The notes beneath the pieces are model-generated. The model did no database searches and was not told the origin of the DNA. It was given only the letters and a program-made list of their open reading frames with translations. DNA of 64,000 nucleotides from Candidatus Kapaibacterium sp. Its GTDB lineage: Bacteria; Bacteroidota; Ignavibacteria; Kapaibacteriales; UBA2268. Shown one piece after another: positions 38,209 through 46,713 of this stretch. The translations under genes were made by a program, and so were the position numbers. The stretch is from NCBI GenBank assembly GCA_963665665.1, contig OY762428.1, positions 5,280,001 to 5,344,000 of the forward strand, read 5' to 3'. The stretch's first letter is position 1; every line of letters starts with the position of its first letter.

Positions 38209-38424
38209 ATGGCCGAAAAATTGGAACTCATGCAGATCATACTTGATTCATACGATCTGGAAATGATCAAGGAAATCAAAAAAGTTATTGACCACAATAA
38301 AGTCTAGGATTTCAAGACAAAGTTATCGGCTGAAGAGAAACGCGATATCCTTGAAGGTATAGAAGATACGGATAATAGCCATATTCTCAATTATTATGAA
38401 TACATGGCTAAACACAGCCCATGA
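38209..38424 (+). pseudogene. Disrupted small addiction-module antitoxin-like gene
   Basis: MAEKLELMQIILDSYDLEMIKEIKKVIDHNKV*DFKTKLSAEEKRDILEGIEDTDNSHILNYYEYMAKHSP; in-frame TAG at 38305-38307; ATGA overlap at 38421 where a toxin would start. Confidence 0.55.
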
Positions 38425-38519
38425 AGAAAATGGGTTTTAGTACGTTGTTGCATTTATTGACAATAAGAATTTACCATCGCTTCTGCATTACGGTATTTAG
38501 AGGGTTAATATATTTATTT

Positions 38520-39683
38520 TTAATTCTTTCTTTCCCTTACCAGTACAGTTCCAACAAGTTTATCTTTAATCATGAAATCATTCATTGTATTTCTAAAAGA
38601 ATCATTTGCTTTTTCATAATCAAAATCAAATAAAACAAGAAATATCGGACCGGATTTCCAAGCATTGCTATATTTTTCAAGCTGCCCTTTGGCTCTGTCA
38701 ATTGCGCCAGTAGTAGCATCTCTCTTAAGTTCAAGCATAATAAGATTATCTATAACAATATCAGCTCTTCCTTTACCATTATACTCCAGTTCTAAAGGAA
38801 CTTCTGTTTGTATATTGGATTCCGGTAACGCTTTTTTTAACCTTTTAAAGAGCCTGTCCTGATACATATATTCCTTGTCAGCGGAGTTTGGATTCCAGCC
38901 ATTAAGTACGTCAAGAACCTTTTCAATCAAATGATGTTTATAAATTGACTTTGCCTCAGTAAGATGGAGGTTATCTTTCATATTATAGACGTAATTGTAT
39001 TTACTTATGGAATTAGGAGAATTATTAATACTAATTTTTTCAATTTCGGTAATTAATTTTAAATTGAAAATCTTCAATAAATCTGAAAAAAGTCTTTTCT
39101 TGTAAGATTTATCTTTTGAAAATATATAGAGGAAAAGAAATAGAGACGTAAATAGAACAACACTCCAGTAATTGTCAAGATTCAATACAAATAATTCTGA
39201 ATTATCAGGAGAAAAACCAAAGGGCATAATAACAAAAATTATTATTTGAAAAACAATCACAATTGATTTCATAATAAGTGCTGCCATTATTATAGATTTT
39301 GCAGCAAAATACATTTTTTCATATTTCGCATGATTCATATATTGTCTTTTTGCTTCATTAAACGATTCATAATAACTATGAATTTTAAATTTTGTTCTTT
39401 CCCATGTCCAATTACCATCATCATCTCTCCAACTGCCTATCCATGCAAAAGTCGAAACAAAAACAAAAGCAAATAAAAGTAAATTGCTTATGCCGGTAAA
39501 AAGCACTTCCTGATGGCCATCAGTTGATATAAAATTATCAATTTCAGGACCAATATAAATACAAATCAAAAATGCAATTATAAAATACTGAAGTCTTTTA
39601 CCATACAGCTTTCTGTCAATATAATCCATCTTATCAAAAAATCTTGTAATCTTTGATTTTAAGCTATTTGTACTTATTTCCAT
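38520..39683 (-). CDS. Membrane protein (about 4 TM) with C-terminal PD-(D/E)xK nuclease-like domain (GxxExxY-like)
   Basis: Four hydrophobic segments, then KEYMYQDRL..QTEVPLELEY..RADIVIDNLIMLELK..GQLEKY; visibly AT-rich. Confidence 0.65.
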   Translation of the reverse strand: MEISTNSLKSKITRFFDKMDYIDRKLYGKRLQYFIIAFLICIYIGPEIDNFISTDGHQEVLFTGISNLLLFAFVFVSTFAWIGSWRDDDGNWTWERTKFKIHSYYESFNEAKRQYMNHAKYEKMYFAAKSIIMAALIMKSIVIVFQIIIFVIMPFGFSPDNSELFVLNLDNYWSVVLFTSLFLFLYIFSKDKSYKKRLFSDLLKIFNLKLITEIEKISINNSPNSISKYNYVYNMKDNLHLTEAKSIYKHHLIEKVLDVLNGWNPNSADKEYMYQDRLFKRLKKALPESNIQTEVPLELEYNGKGRADIVIDNLIMLELKRDATTGAIDRAKGQLEKYSNAWKSGPIFLVLFDFDYEKANDSFRNTMNDFMIKDKLVGTVLVRERKN

Positions 39684-39989
39684 CTTCTACCTCTCCATAA
39701 AAATATAATTGTTTCTCAAATTAATTATTATCATAATTCACAAATAAAATTAAGGGGATGTGAGATATTTTATAATTTTGTAAGTAATTAAATATATCCT
39801 CACAACAGATATAATGCATAATAATTAAATTAATAAAAAAGAATAAAAGATGCAAGCAACAATACAAATAGCTACTTTCCGTCCTGCCGTGGTTTACAGA
39901 AGAAGCTTTTCCCGATAGATCATAGTTCTCTCACAATTTTTATTTTATTGTTATATACACGTATTATATTGGATTCATTCAGGGAATTT

Positions 39990-40292
39990 ATGCTTAAAGT
40001 TTTAATTATTGCTGTATTTCTTTTTATTATCTCTTTCTATTTGAAAGCCCAAAGCGGTTATTGGACGAAGATGAATCCTGATGTTTCACCACTGGCATGA
40101 GGTTACCACAGGATGACAACAGCAGGAGACGGCTATGTTTTAAAATTTGGCGGAACTGACACCGAAATTGGAAAATCCGATCAAACATGGTTAATAAACC
40201 TCATGAATATAATCTTTCATCCGGCATTTACATTGCATGTTTTAAAACCGGGAAGGAAGAGATATACAAGAAGATTTGGGTGGAATGATTGA
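39990..40292 (+). pseudogene. Truncated secreted kelch-repeat protein remnant
   Basis: Signal peptide, then WTKMNPDVSPLA*GYHRM..VLKFGG..SDQTW; TGA at 40098-40100 sits where kelch repeats have Arg. Confidence 0.5.
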
Positions 40293-40305
40293 ACGCCTTA
40301 GAATG

Positions 40306-40340
40306 CAGAAGTCCAACACCTGAGGAGTGTTGGACTTCTG
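40306..40340. repeat. 14-7-14 hairpin repeat, copy 3 (perfect; possible terminator of 40364-41551)
   Basis: CAGAAGTCCAACAC-CTGAGGA-GTGTTGGACTTCTG. Confidence 0.75.
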
Positions 40341-40363
40341 TAATTTTAGAAATATAATAAAAT

Positions 40364-41551
40364 CTAAAAATCAAGTTCTTTCTTGAAGCTTCCGAATACT
40401 TCCAGTATCCTGTCAAGGTGATGTTTCTCGTGCGAAGCCATGTAGCTTGTACGCATCATGCTCATGTTGGGCGGAACTCCCGGAGGTATGAAAGCATTAA
40501 CAAAAACGCCTGCATCGAAAAGCTTACGCCAGAACATCATAGCTTTCTCGGTATCTCCTACGATAACAGGAACGATTGCCGTCGGGCTTTCAATGATATT
40601 GAATCCCAGATCACGGAAACCTTTCCTCATATAGTCTGAATTATCGATTAGTTTATCAACCAGGCCGGGATCCTCTTCCAGAACGTCAAGGGCTGCAAGT
40701 GTTGCTGCACAAGATGAAGGCGTCGGGCTGGCGCTGAAGATAATGGCTGCCGAATGATGTTTCAGGTAATTAATTACCCTTTCTTTACCGCCAATAAATC
40801 CGCCAAGAGATGAAAATGTTTTGGAGAAAGTACCCATTACTAAATCTGTTTCTTCCACTCTGTTGTGATGAGTCGGGGTACCGCGTCCTCCCCTGCCGAT
40901 AACGCCAACAGCATGAGCATCGTCAACCAGTACCCGTGCGCCATACTTTTTGGCAACATCAAGAATACCCGGAAGATTTACGATTTCACCTGTAACAGAG
41001 AATACTCCGTCGGTTACGATAAATTTGCCGGCGCTGTCGGGAATATTTTTCAACTGCCTTTCAAGGTCTTCCATATCATTATGTTTGTAGCGAACAAACT
41101 GTGCAAATCCGCCTTTGGCCATCATAGCGCCATTCACGATACATGCATGGTTCTCCTTGTCGCTTATAACATAATCCCCTCGCTGAGCAAGGGTTGAAAT
41201 TGTACCGAGAGCAGTCTGGTATCCTGTACTGAAAAGTAATACATCCTCGGTACCAAGAAATTTTGCAAGTCTTTCCTCAAGTTCTATATGCAGGTCGAGT
41301 GTTCCTGTCAGATAGCGCGATCCTGAACAGCCTGTACCATACTTTTCAATGGCTTTTATGGAGGCTTCTTTAACTCTTGGATGAGCAGTAAGGCCAAGAT
41401 AGTTATTCGATCCGGCCATGATCATCTTTTTACCATTCACGAAAACTTCCGGCCCCTCGTTTTCCTGGATAGGATGAAAATAAGGATATAGCCCGAGTTT
41501 TTTTACATCATCGGCTCTCGTGAATTCATAACATTTCTGAAAAAGATCCAT
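40364..41551 (-). CDS. Alpha-oxoamine synthase family PLP enzyme (serine palmitoyltransferase-like/BioF-like)
   Basis: [40 protein letters not shown] (PLP lysine). Confidence 0.88.
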   Translation of the reverse strand: MDLFQKCYEFTRADDVKKLGLYPYFHPIQENEGPEVFVNGKKMIMAGSNNYLGLTAHPRVKEASIKAIEKYGTGCSGSRYLTGTLDLHIELEERLAKFLGTEDVLLFSTGYQTALGTISTLAQRGDYVISDKENHACIVNGAMMAKGGFAQFVRYKHNDMEDLERQLKNIPDSAGKFIVTDGVFSVTGEIVNLPGILDVAKKYGARVLVDDAHAVGVIGRGGRGTPTHHNRVEETDLVMGTFSKTFSSLGGFIGGKERVINYLKHHSAAIIFSASPTPSSCAATLAALDVLEEDPGLVDKLIDNSDYMRKGFRDLGFNIIESPTAIVPVIVGDTEKAMMFWRKLFDAGVFVNAFIPPGVPPNMSMMRTSYMASHEKHHLDRILEVFGSFKKELDF

Positions 41552-42004
41552 TTATTCTCCGCTGTGTATTATTAACATCAAAAAAAATATTTACAGTTGC
41601 CCGAATATATAAAAAAAATTTAATTTTAATAACAAAAATTAAAATGTAACACATGTTATTTATTTATAAGGCTGATATTTCATGTGCCAGGCAATAAAAA
41701 TCTGTCAGAAGAAGTATGCCAGTCAAAATCAGAGAAAAAATTGCAATCAGCTGTTCAATTTATTATCCTAAGTTTACAGCGGGATTTTCTAATCGTATTT
41801 ACCATCACATTTATTCATATCCGGATAAGGTTCGCAAAGGCGATTGAACCCGGCAGGGCGTTGTTCTGCAAAGTTAAACTTTGAAATTTTGAATAATAGC
41901 TTCATATTCAGAAATTATTAACTGAAAATTATTAATCATGCAACTTCTCTGCAATGAATCATCAGAATATTTGGCCAGTTTATGACTTTTTGCAATTTCT
42001 TTAT

Positions 42005-42012
42005 TAATTTTG
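42005..42012 (+). promoter_or_regulatory. Bacteroidota-type -7 promoter element TAnnTTTG
   Basis: TAATTTTG, 35 nt upstream of dtd. Confidence 0.4.
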
Positions 42013-42047
42013 CGGGATTTTGATAATTAAACAGGAAACTATTATTG

Positions 42048-42488
42048 ATGCGGGCTGTTATACAAAGAGTAAAGAGAGCGAAAGTAACAACGGGAGGCCA
42101 GGTAACCGGCCGGATTGAAAAAGGCCTTTTAGTGCTTCTCGGGGTTTCCACAGATGACAATGAAGATAAAATTCAATGGATGGCAAACAAAATCGCCAAC
42201 CTGAGAATTTTTCCGGATGACAATGAAAAGATGAACAAATCCGTCCTTGATATTGATGGCGGTATATTGGTTGTTTCAAATTTTACTCTATACGGCAGCC
42301 TGAAAAAAGGATTCAGGCCAAGTTATTCTGATGCAGCGCCACCGGAAATCGCCGAGCCGATTTACGAAAAAACTGTTCAGAGAATCAGAGACCAATTTGG
42401 AATAGACGTTCAAACAGGTATTTTCGGAGCAATGATGGATGTGGAATTATGCAATTGGGGACCAGTTACAATTAGCATTGAAAAATAA
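42048..42488 (+). CDS. dtd: D-aminoacyl-tRNA deacylase
   Basis: MRAVIQRV, LRIFPDDNEKMN, SNFTLYG, FGAMMDVEL.NWGPVT. Confidence 0.96.
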   Translation: MRAVIQRVKRAKVTTGGQVTGRIEKGLLVLLGVSTDDNEDKIQWMANKIANLRIFPDDNEKMNKSVLDIDGGILVVSNFTLYGSLKKGFRPSYSDAAPPEIAEPIYEKTVQRIRDQFGIDVQTGIFGAMMDVELCNWGPVTISIEK

Positions 42489-42505
42489 TTCAGGCAGGAA
42501 TAATT

Positions 42506-43033
42506 ATGGGTACATGTCAAATAGGAAATATAATCAAGCCGAAGGGTTTCAAAGGCTCTATGTTTGTAAACGGCCTTCCGCCGAAGAATCCTTTTCTGAA
42601 CCCTGGCACGGAAGTCAGTGTCGGCTTTTCCGAAAAATTTTCACGAAAAATGAGAATTAAAAGCTGGAAACACTTTAACAACGGGGCACTGGTCAGCTTC
42701 GAGGGAATAAGTTCGGATACTGATGTAAGCGAACTGGTGGAAAAAGGTATTTTCGTTGACGAAGATTACATTATCTATAAGAAAAGAAAAGTTTTTCCGG
42801 GCGAGGAAATTGTCGGCGCTACAGTTTATGACAATGCAAGCGGACAAATTCTTGGTGACATAATAGAAGTATGGATTCTTCCCGGGAATGATGTATGGCT
42901 GATGAAGACCGATCGTGGAAATTTGCCTTTGCCGGTAATAAAACACGTGATTAAAGATGTGGATATTGATAAAATGGAAATCAGAATAGAACTGATACCG
43001 GGTTTGGAAGATTTGGTAACTAAGGAAGTTTGA
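42506..43033 (+). CDS. rimM: 16S rRNA processing protein RimM
   Basis: IGNIIKPKGFKG N-terminus; PRC-barrel C-terminus (GNDVW..LP..KDVDID..IPGL); directly upstream of trmD. Confidence 0.85.
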   Translation: MGTCQIGNIIKPKGFKGSMFVNGLPPKNPFLNPGTEVSVGFSEKFSRKMRIKSWKHFNNGALVSFEGISSDTDVSELVEKGIFVDEDYIIYKKRKVFPGEEIVGATVYDNASGQILGDIIEVWILPGNDVWLMKTDRGNLPLPVIKHVIKDVDIDKMEIRIELIPGLEDLVTKEV

Positions 43034-43725
43034 TGTCATCGCTTATAAGAATTGATTTAGTAGCAGCCGTTCCGGAGATATTCGATTCGGCGCTGAACAG
43101 CAGCATAATAAAAATTGCAAGAGAAAAATATTTAGCAGAAATTTATGTGCATAACCTTCACGATTATGCTAAAGATCGTTTTCGCCATATTGACGATATG
43201 CCTTATGGCGGGGGTGCGGGGATGATAATTCAGTGCGAACCTGTATTTGATTGTATTGAAGGTTTGATGAAAGAACGCGATTACGACGAGCTGATATTTA
43301 CCTGTGCCGACGGTAAACCATTCACACAATCTGATGCAAACGAGCTTTCAATGAAAAAAAACATACTGATACTTGCAGGGCATTATAAAGGTATTGACCA
43401 GCGAATCAGAGACTTGCTAATCACAAGGGAAATATCAGTAGGGGACTACGTATTGAGCGGAGGAGAGCTGCCTGCACTGATTATTACAGATGCCATTGTC
43501 AGGCTTTTGCCCGGAGTTCTCGGGGATATGGAATCCGCTCTTGAGGATTCATTCATGGACGGCCTGCTGGAACCCCCACAATATACACGGCCACCCGTTT
43601 TTCGCGGGCTGGAAGTACCACAGGTGCTTCGCGACGGTAATCACAGCGAAATAGAAAAATGGCGGCGCGAGCAAAGCCTTGAAAAAACTGCAACCAAACG
43701 CCCCGATCTTCTGGAAGATGAGTGA
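43033..43725 (+). CDS. trmD: tRNA (guanine37-N1)-methyltransferase
   Basis: DDMPYGGGAGM, GHYKGIDQR, SVGDYVLSGGE, PQYTRP. Confidence 0.97.
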   Translation: MSSLIRIDLVAAVPEIFDSALNSSIIKIAREKYLAEIYVHNLHDYAKDRFRHIDDMPYGGGAGMIIQCEPVFDCIEGLMKERDYDELIFTCADGKPFTQSDANELSMKKNILILAGHYKGIDQRIRDLLITREISVGDYVLSGGELPALIITDAIVRLLPGVLGDMESALEDSFMDGLLEPPQYTRPPVFRGLEVPQVLRDGNHSEIEKWRREQSLEKTATKRPDLLEDE

Positions 43726-43798
43726 CCATATTTAATTCAAATTTTTTAAACTTCCAACATAGGAAAATAACAAAGTTGATTTCTCCCACACACCAAAT

Positions 43799-45361
43799 CT
43801 ACTCCATCTCATCATCCACTAGGTAGTGTGCGCCCATGTTGGCACGCGCCTCCATTGTTGAAGCTGTAACGGCTATAGCAGTCTGAACGCCGTTCCTGAG
43901 TTGGATCATCGCTTTGGTCATTTTAGCTTTGCGATAGAACTGCTCTACTTCCGTCTGAAGGTGACGCAGGTTTGTCTGTGCCCTGTGCAGCCTCTGTTTT
44001 GTCCTGACCAGCCCAACGTAATTCCACATCGTATTTTTAATCGAGCGCCAGTCCTGGGCAATTAATGCAGGATCAACAAAGCCTTCTTCGTCTTTCCATG
44101 GATATATTTCCGGAAAGTATCTGTTCTGGTCGTCCTCGCAGCTTTCGGCGGCGTCGCTTCCTGCGGTATAGCCCCAAACCACGTTTTCCAGCAGTGATGT
44201 AGATGCCAGCCTGTTTGCACCGTGAACTCCCGTGCAGGCAACCTCTCCGACGGCGTAAAGCCTTTTCAGCGACGTCCTCCCCCGAAGGCTAACGCCAACG
44301 CCGCCACATGAATAGTGCGCGGCAGGTACTACCGGAATCGGTTCGGAGGTTATATCAACACCCGCCCTGAGGCAATGCGCGTAAATACCCGGGAAACGTC
44401 CTTTTATCCACTCATTGTCCTTGAACGAAAGGTCAAGGTATACGCAAGAATGTTCAGTATCAAGCATAGTCTGGTGTATTCCCCTGGCAACAATGTCCCT
44501 CGGTGCCAGCGAACCCTGCGGATGGAATTCCTTCATAAAATCCCGTCCGGTTTTATCTATCAGTCTGGCACCTTCGCCGCGCATGGATTCCGAGATCAGA
44601 AATCTGTCATGCTCGTTATAAAGTGTTGTTGGATGGAACTGGATGAATTGCAGGTTGAAAACTCTTGCCCCGGCCCTCCAGGAAAGAGCAATACCGTCAC
44701 CGGTAGCTTCTTTGGGATTTGATGTATGCAGGTAAATTTGGCCCAGCCCGCCGGTTGCAAGTATTGTTGTTGCAGCATAGATCGGAAAAACATTTCCTTT
44801 TTCGTTGTTCAGAACCAATGCCCCGTAGCAAGCGGGTTTTTTATAAATATCAAGGGAATTTGTTGAGTGGTGCGACAGAGTAAGAAGATCAATCACAGTA
44901 TGATCAAGAATTATATCGATATAGGGATGATCCTGCAAAACTTTAAGCACTGCTTTTTGTATATATTCGCCGGTTTTATCCTTTGAGTGGATTATTCTTG
45001 CCTCGGAATGTGCGCCCTCTTCGGTCAGGTCAAGCTGGTTGTTTTTCGTTTTATCAAAATCAACGGCGCAACGTTCGAAGAGGAATTTTTCAACAAGTTT
45101 GGGGCCCATCTTTGCAAGCTGGTCCACAGCGCTTTCCCAGCTGTGCCCGGCTCCGGCTTCCATAATATCCTGTTTCAGTTTTTCCGGGGAATCATTTCTC
45201 CCCTTATATATTATGCCTCCCTGAGCATAAGGTGTGGAACCGCTCATCAGCTCGGGAGTTTTGGTAAGAATAGTTACATGTTTACCGCGGTCAGCCGCTG
45301 TAATGGCTGCAATTGCCCCGGCAAGGCCTGTTCCGAGTATAAGAATTTCTGTTTTTTTCAT
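43799..45361 (-). CDS. nadB: L-aspartate oxidase
   Basis: GTGLAG, AQGGI, EGAHSEARIIH, QFHPT, LAPRDIVAR, PAAHYSCGG, GVHGANRLASTSL. Start moved to MKKTEIL. Confidence 0.95.
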   Translation of the reverse strand: MKKTEILILGTGLAGAIAAITAADRGKHVTILTKTPELMSGSTPYAQGGIIYKGRNDSPEKLKQDIMEAGAGHSWESAVDQLAKMGPKLVEKFLFERCAVDFDKTKNNQLDLTEEGAHSEARIIHSKDKTGEYIQKAVLKVLQDHPYIDIILDHTVIDLLTLSHHSTNSLDIYKKPACYGALVLNNEKGNVFPIYAATTILATGGLGQIYLHTSNPKEATGDGIALSWRAGARVFNLQFIQFHPTTLYNEHDRFLISESMRGEGARLIDKTGRDFMKEFHPQGSLAPRDIVARGIHQTMLDTEHSCVYLDLSFKDNEWIKGRFPGIYAHCLRAGVDITSEPIPVVPAAHYSCGGVGVSLRGRTSLKRLYAVGEVACTGVHGANRLASTSLLENVVWGYTAGSDAAESCEDDQNRYFPEIYPWKDEEGFVDPALIAQDWRSIKNTMWNYVGLVRTKQRLHRAQTNLRHLQTEVEQFYRKAKMTKAMIQLRNGVQTAIAVTASTMEARANMGAHYLVDDEME

Positions 45362-45619
45362 TTTTCCAGCCGATATATTCAATAAACAGTAATTTTTTAT
45401 CAAAAATTATTTTGATACTATACATACCAAACTTAAGAAAATTTTTGAATTATTAGTTCGAATAGTTCTTCGAAAGATAAGAAAACATGATATAACCTGA
45501 ATATTACTTGTTATCAATTATTGGTATTCAGCAAAAATCATAATAAAAAATCAATATAAATTATTTCGATAATGATTTTCCAATAATAATTAGCAATAAT
45601 TTGTATATGATATCAGAAT

Positions 45620-46708
45620 TCAGGTAAGAAGTTTTATCCTTGTAAATATTTCTTCAAGCTCAGCAGTTTTAAGAACAGCTTTATAAAAATTTGTATTGGC
45701 ATGCTGTTCAATCTTAATTCCTTTGTAATCAATATATCTGTTACTGCGATTAATGTCAAACCAATAAACAAGGGAAATATTTCGCCTGTCAATTTCTATG
45801 GCTGTCATTCCCCTTTTACCAATAACAGCTCCGGAATTAAAAAGCAAAGGCAGAAGTAATTCATCTTTGTAAAGGGCATTCCTTAGCATTGTTTGTTTTT
45901 GCGAGCTGATTGATTTTAGCTCTTTTTTATAATTATCAATTTGCCGCCGGATCTTATGTTTTTTCCCTTCCCCGGATTTTTTATATTTTCTCAGGAGTTT
46001 TTCAATTCTGAATATCAGGTTGTCTTTCTTTGACTGGGATTCGAAAAGTGGTTTGTGAGTATGGCCTATGATTGAAATCATTTTTCTGCTGGCAGAATAC
46101 CAATAAGAACGTAACTCTGTGTCGAAAATTTTCTTTTCATCAAGGGTAAATGTAGTATTTTTTATTCTGAAAATATCGGCAAAATAGCGCACCATTGTTC
46201 TGCTGAACAGATTATAATCCTGCAGCAGACCCGAACACTGATGTCCGTGAAAAATAAAAATTGTATTCTCCCCAAGCCTGAGTTTAACAGCTTCCTGAAT
46301 ACTTTTATTTATATCCGGATATGAATTATATTTCAATTCATAATCATGATTACCGAATATTTTTATCAGCTTATCCCTGTCAGCAAAATCACCGAATATG
46401 GAATAAATGTCTGGCCAGTTCTCAACAATATCTTTCAGGTGGTATTTATATAATTCTTCAATATCCCCATTCAATACCAGGGTATAATCTTCCTTACGAT
46501 AATATGAATCAAGAATTTGAGCGAACATCTCGGAATTTGCCACAAACTCGTCCATTGGGCCGGCATTGCCTATATGTATATCAGAAATAATTACCAGACG
46601 GCTATTGTTGTCGATTTGAATATTCGGAGCCTCCTGAAAAAGTTTATCCATTCTTGCCCTGAATGCCTTGCTTCTTATTTTACTATCCGCCCCGTTCATT
46701 TTTATCAT
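45620..46708 (-). CDS. Calcineurin-like metallophosphoesterase (LpxH-like superfamily)
   Basis: SDIHIG, NGDIEEL, FGNHD, FHGH, GHTH, NSG motifs. Confidence 0.85.
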   Translation of the reverse strand: MIKMNGADSKIRSKAFRARMDKLFQEAPNIQIDNNSRLVIISDIHIGNAGPMDEFVANSEMFAQILDSYYRKEDYTLVLNGDIEELYKYHLKDIVENWPDIYSIFGDFADRDKLIKIFGNHDYELKYNSYPDINKSIQEAVKLRLGENTIFIFHGHQCSGLLQDYNLFSRTMVRYFADIFRIKNTTFTLDEKKIFDTELRSYWYSASRKMISIIGHTHKPLFESQSKKDNLIFRIEKLLRKYKKSGEGKKHKIRRQIDNYKKELKSISSQKQTMLRNALYKDELLLPLLFNSGAVIGKRGMTAIEIDRRNISLVYWFDINRSNRYIDYKGIKIEQHANTNFYKAVLKTAELEEIFTRIKLLT

Positions 46709-46713
46709 TCATC

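Noticed and set aside
41684-41884. 66-aa ORF between the oxoamine synthase and dtd
   Set aside because: GTG start, no motif; more likely divergent promoter/leader sequence
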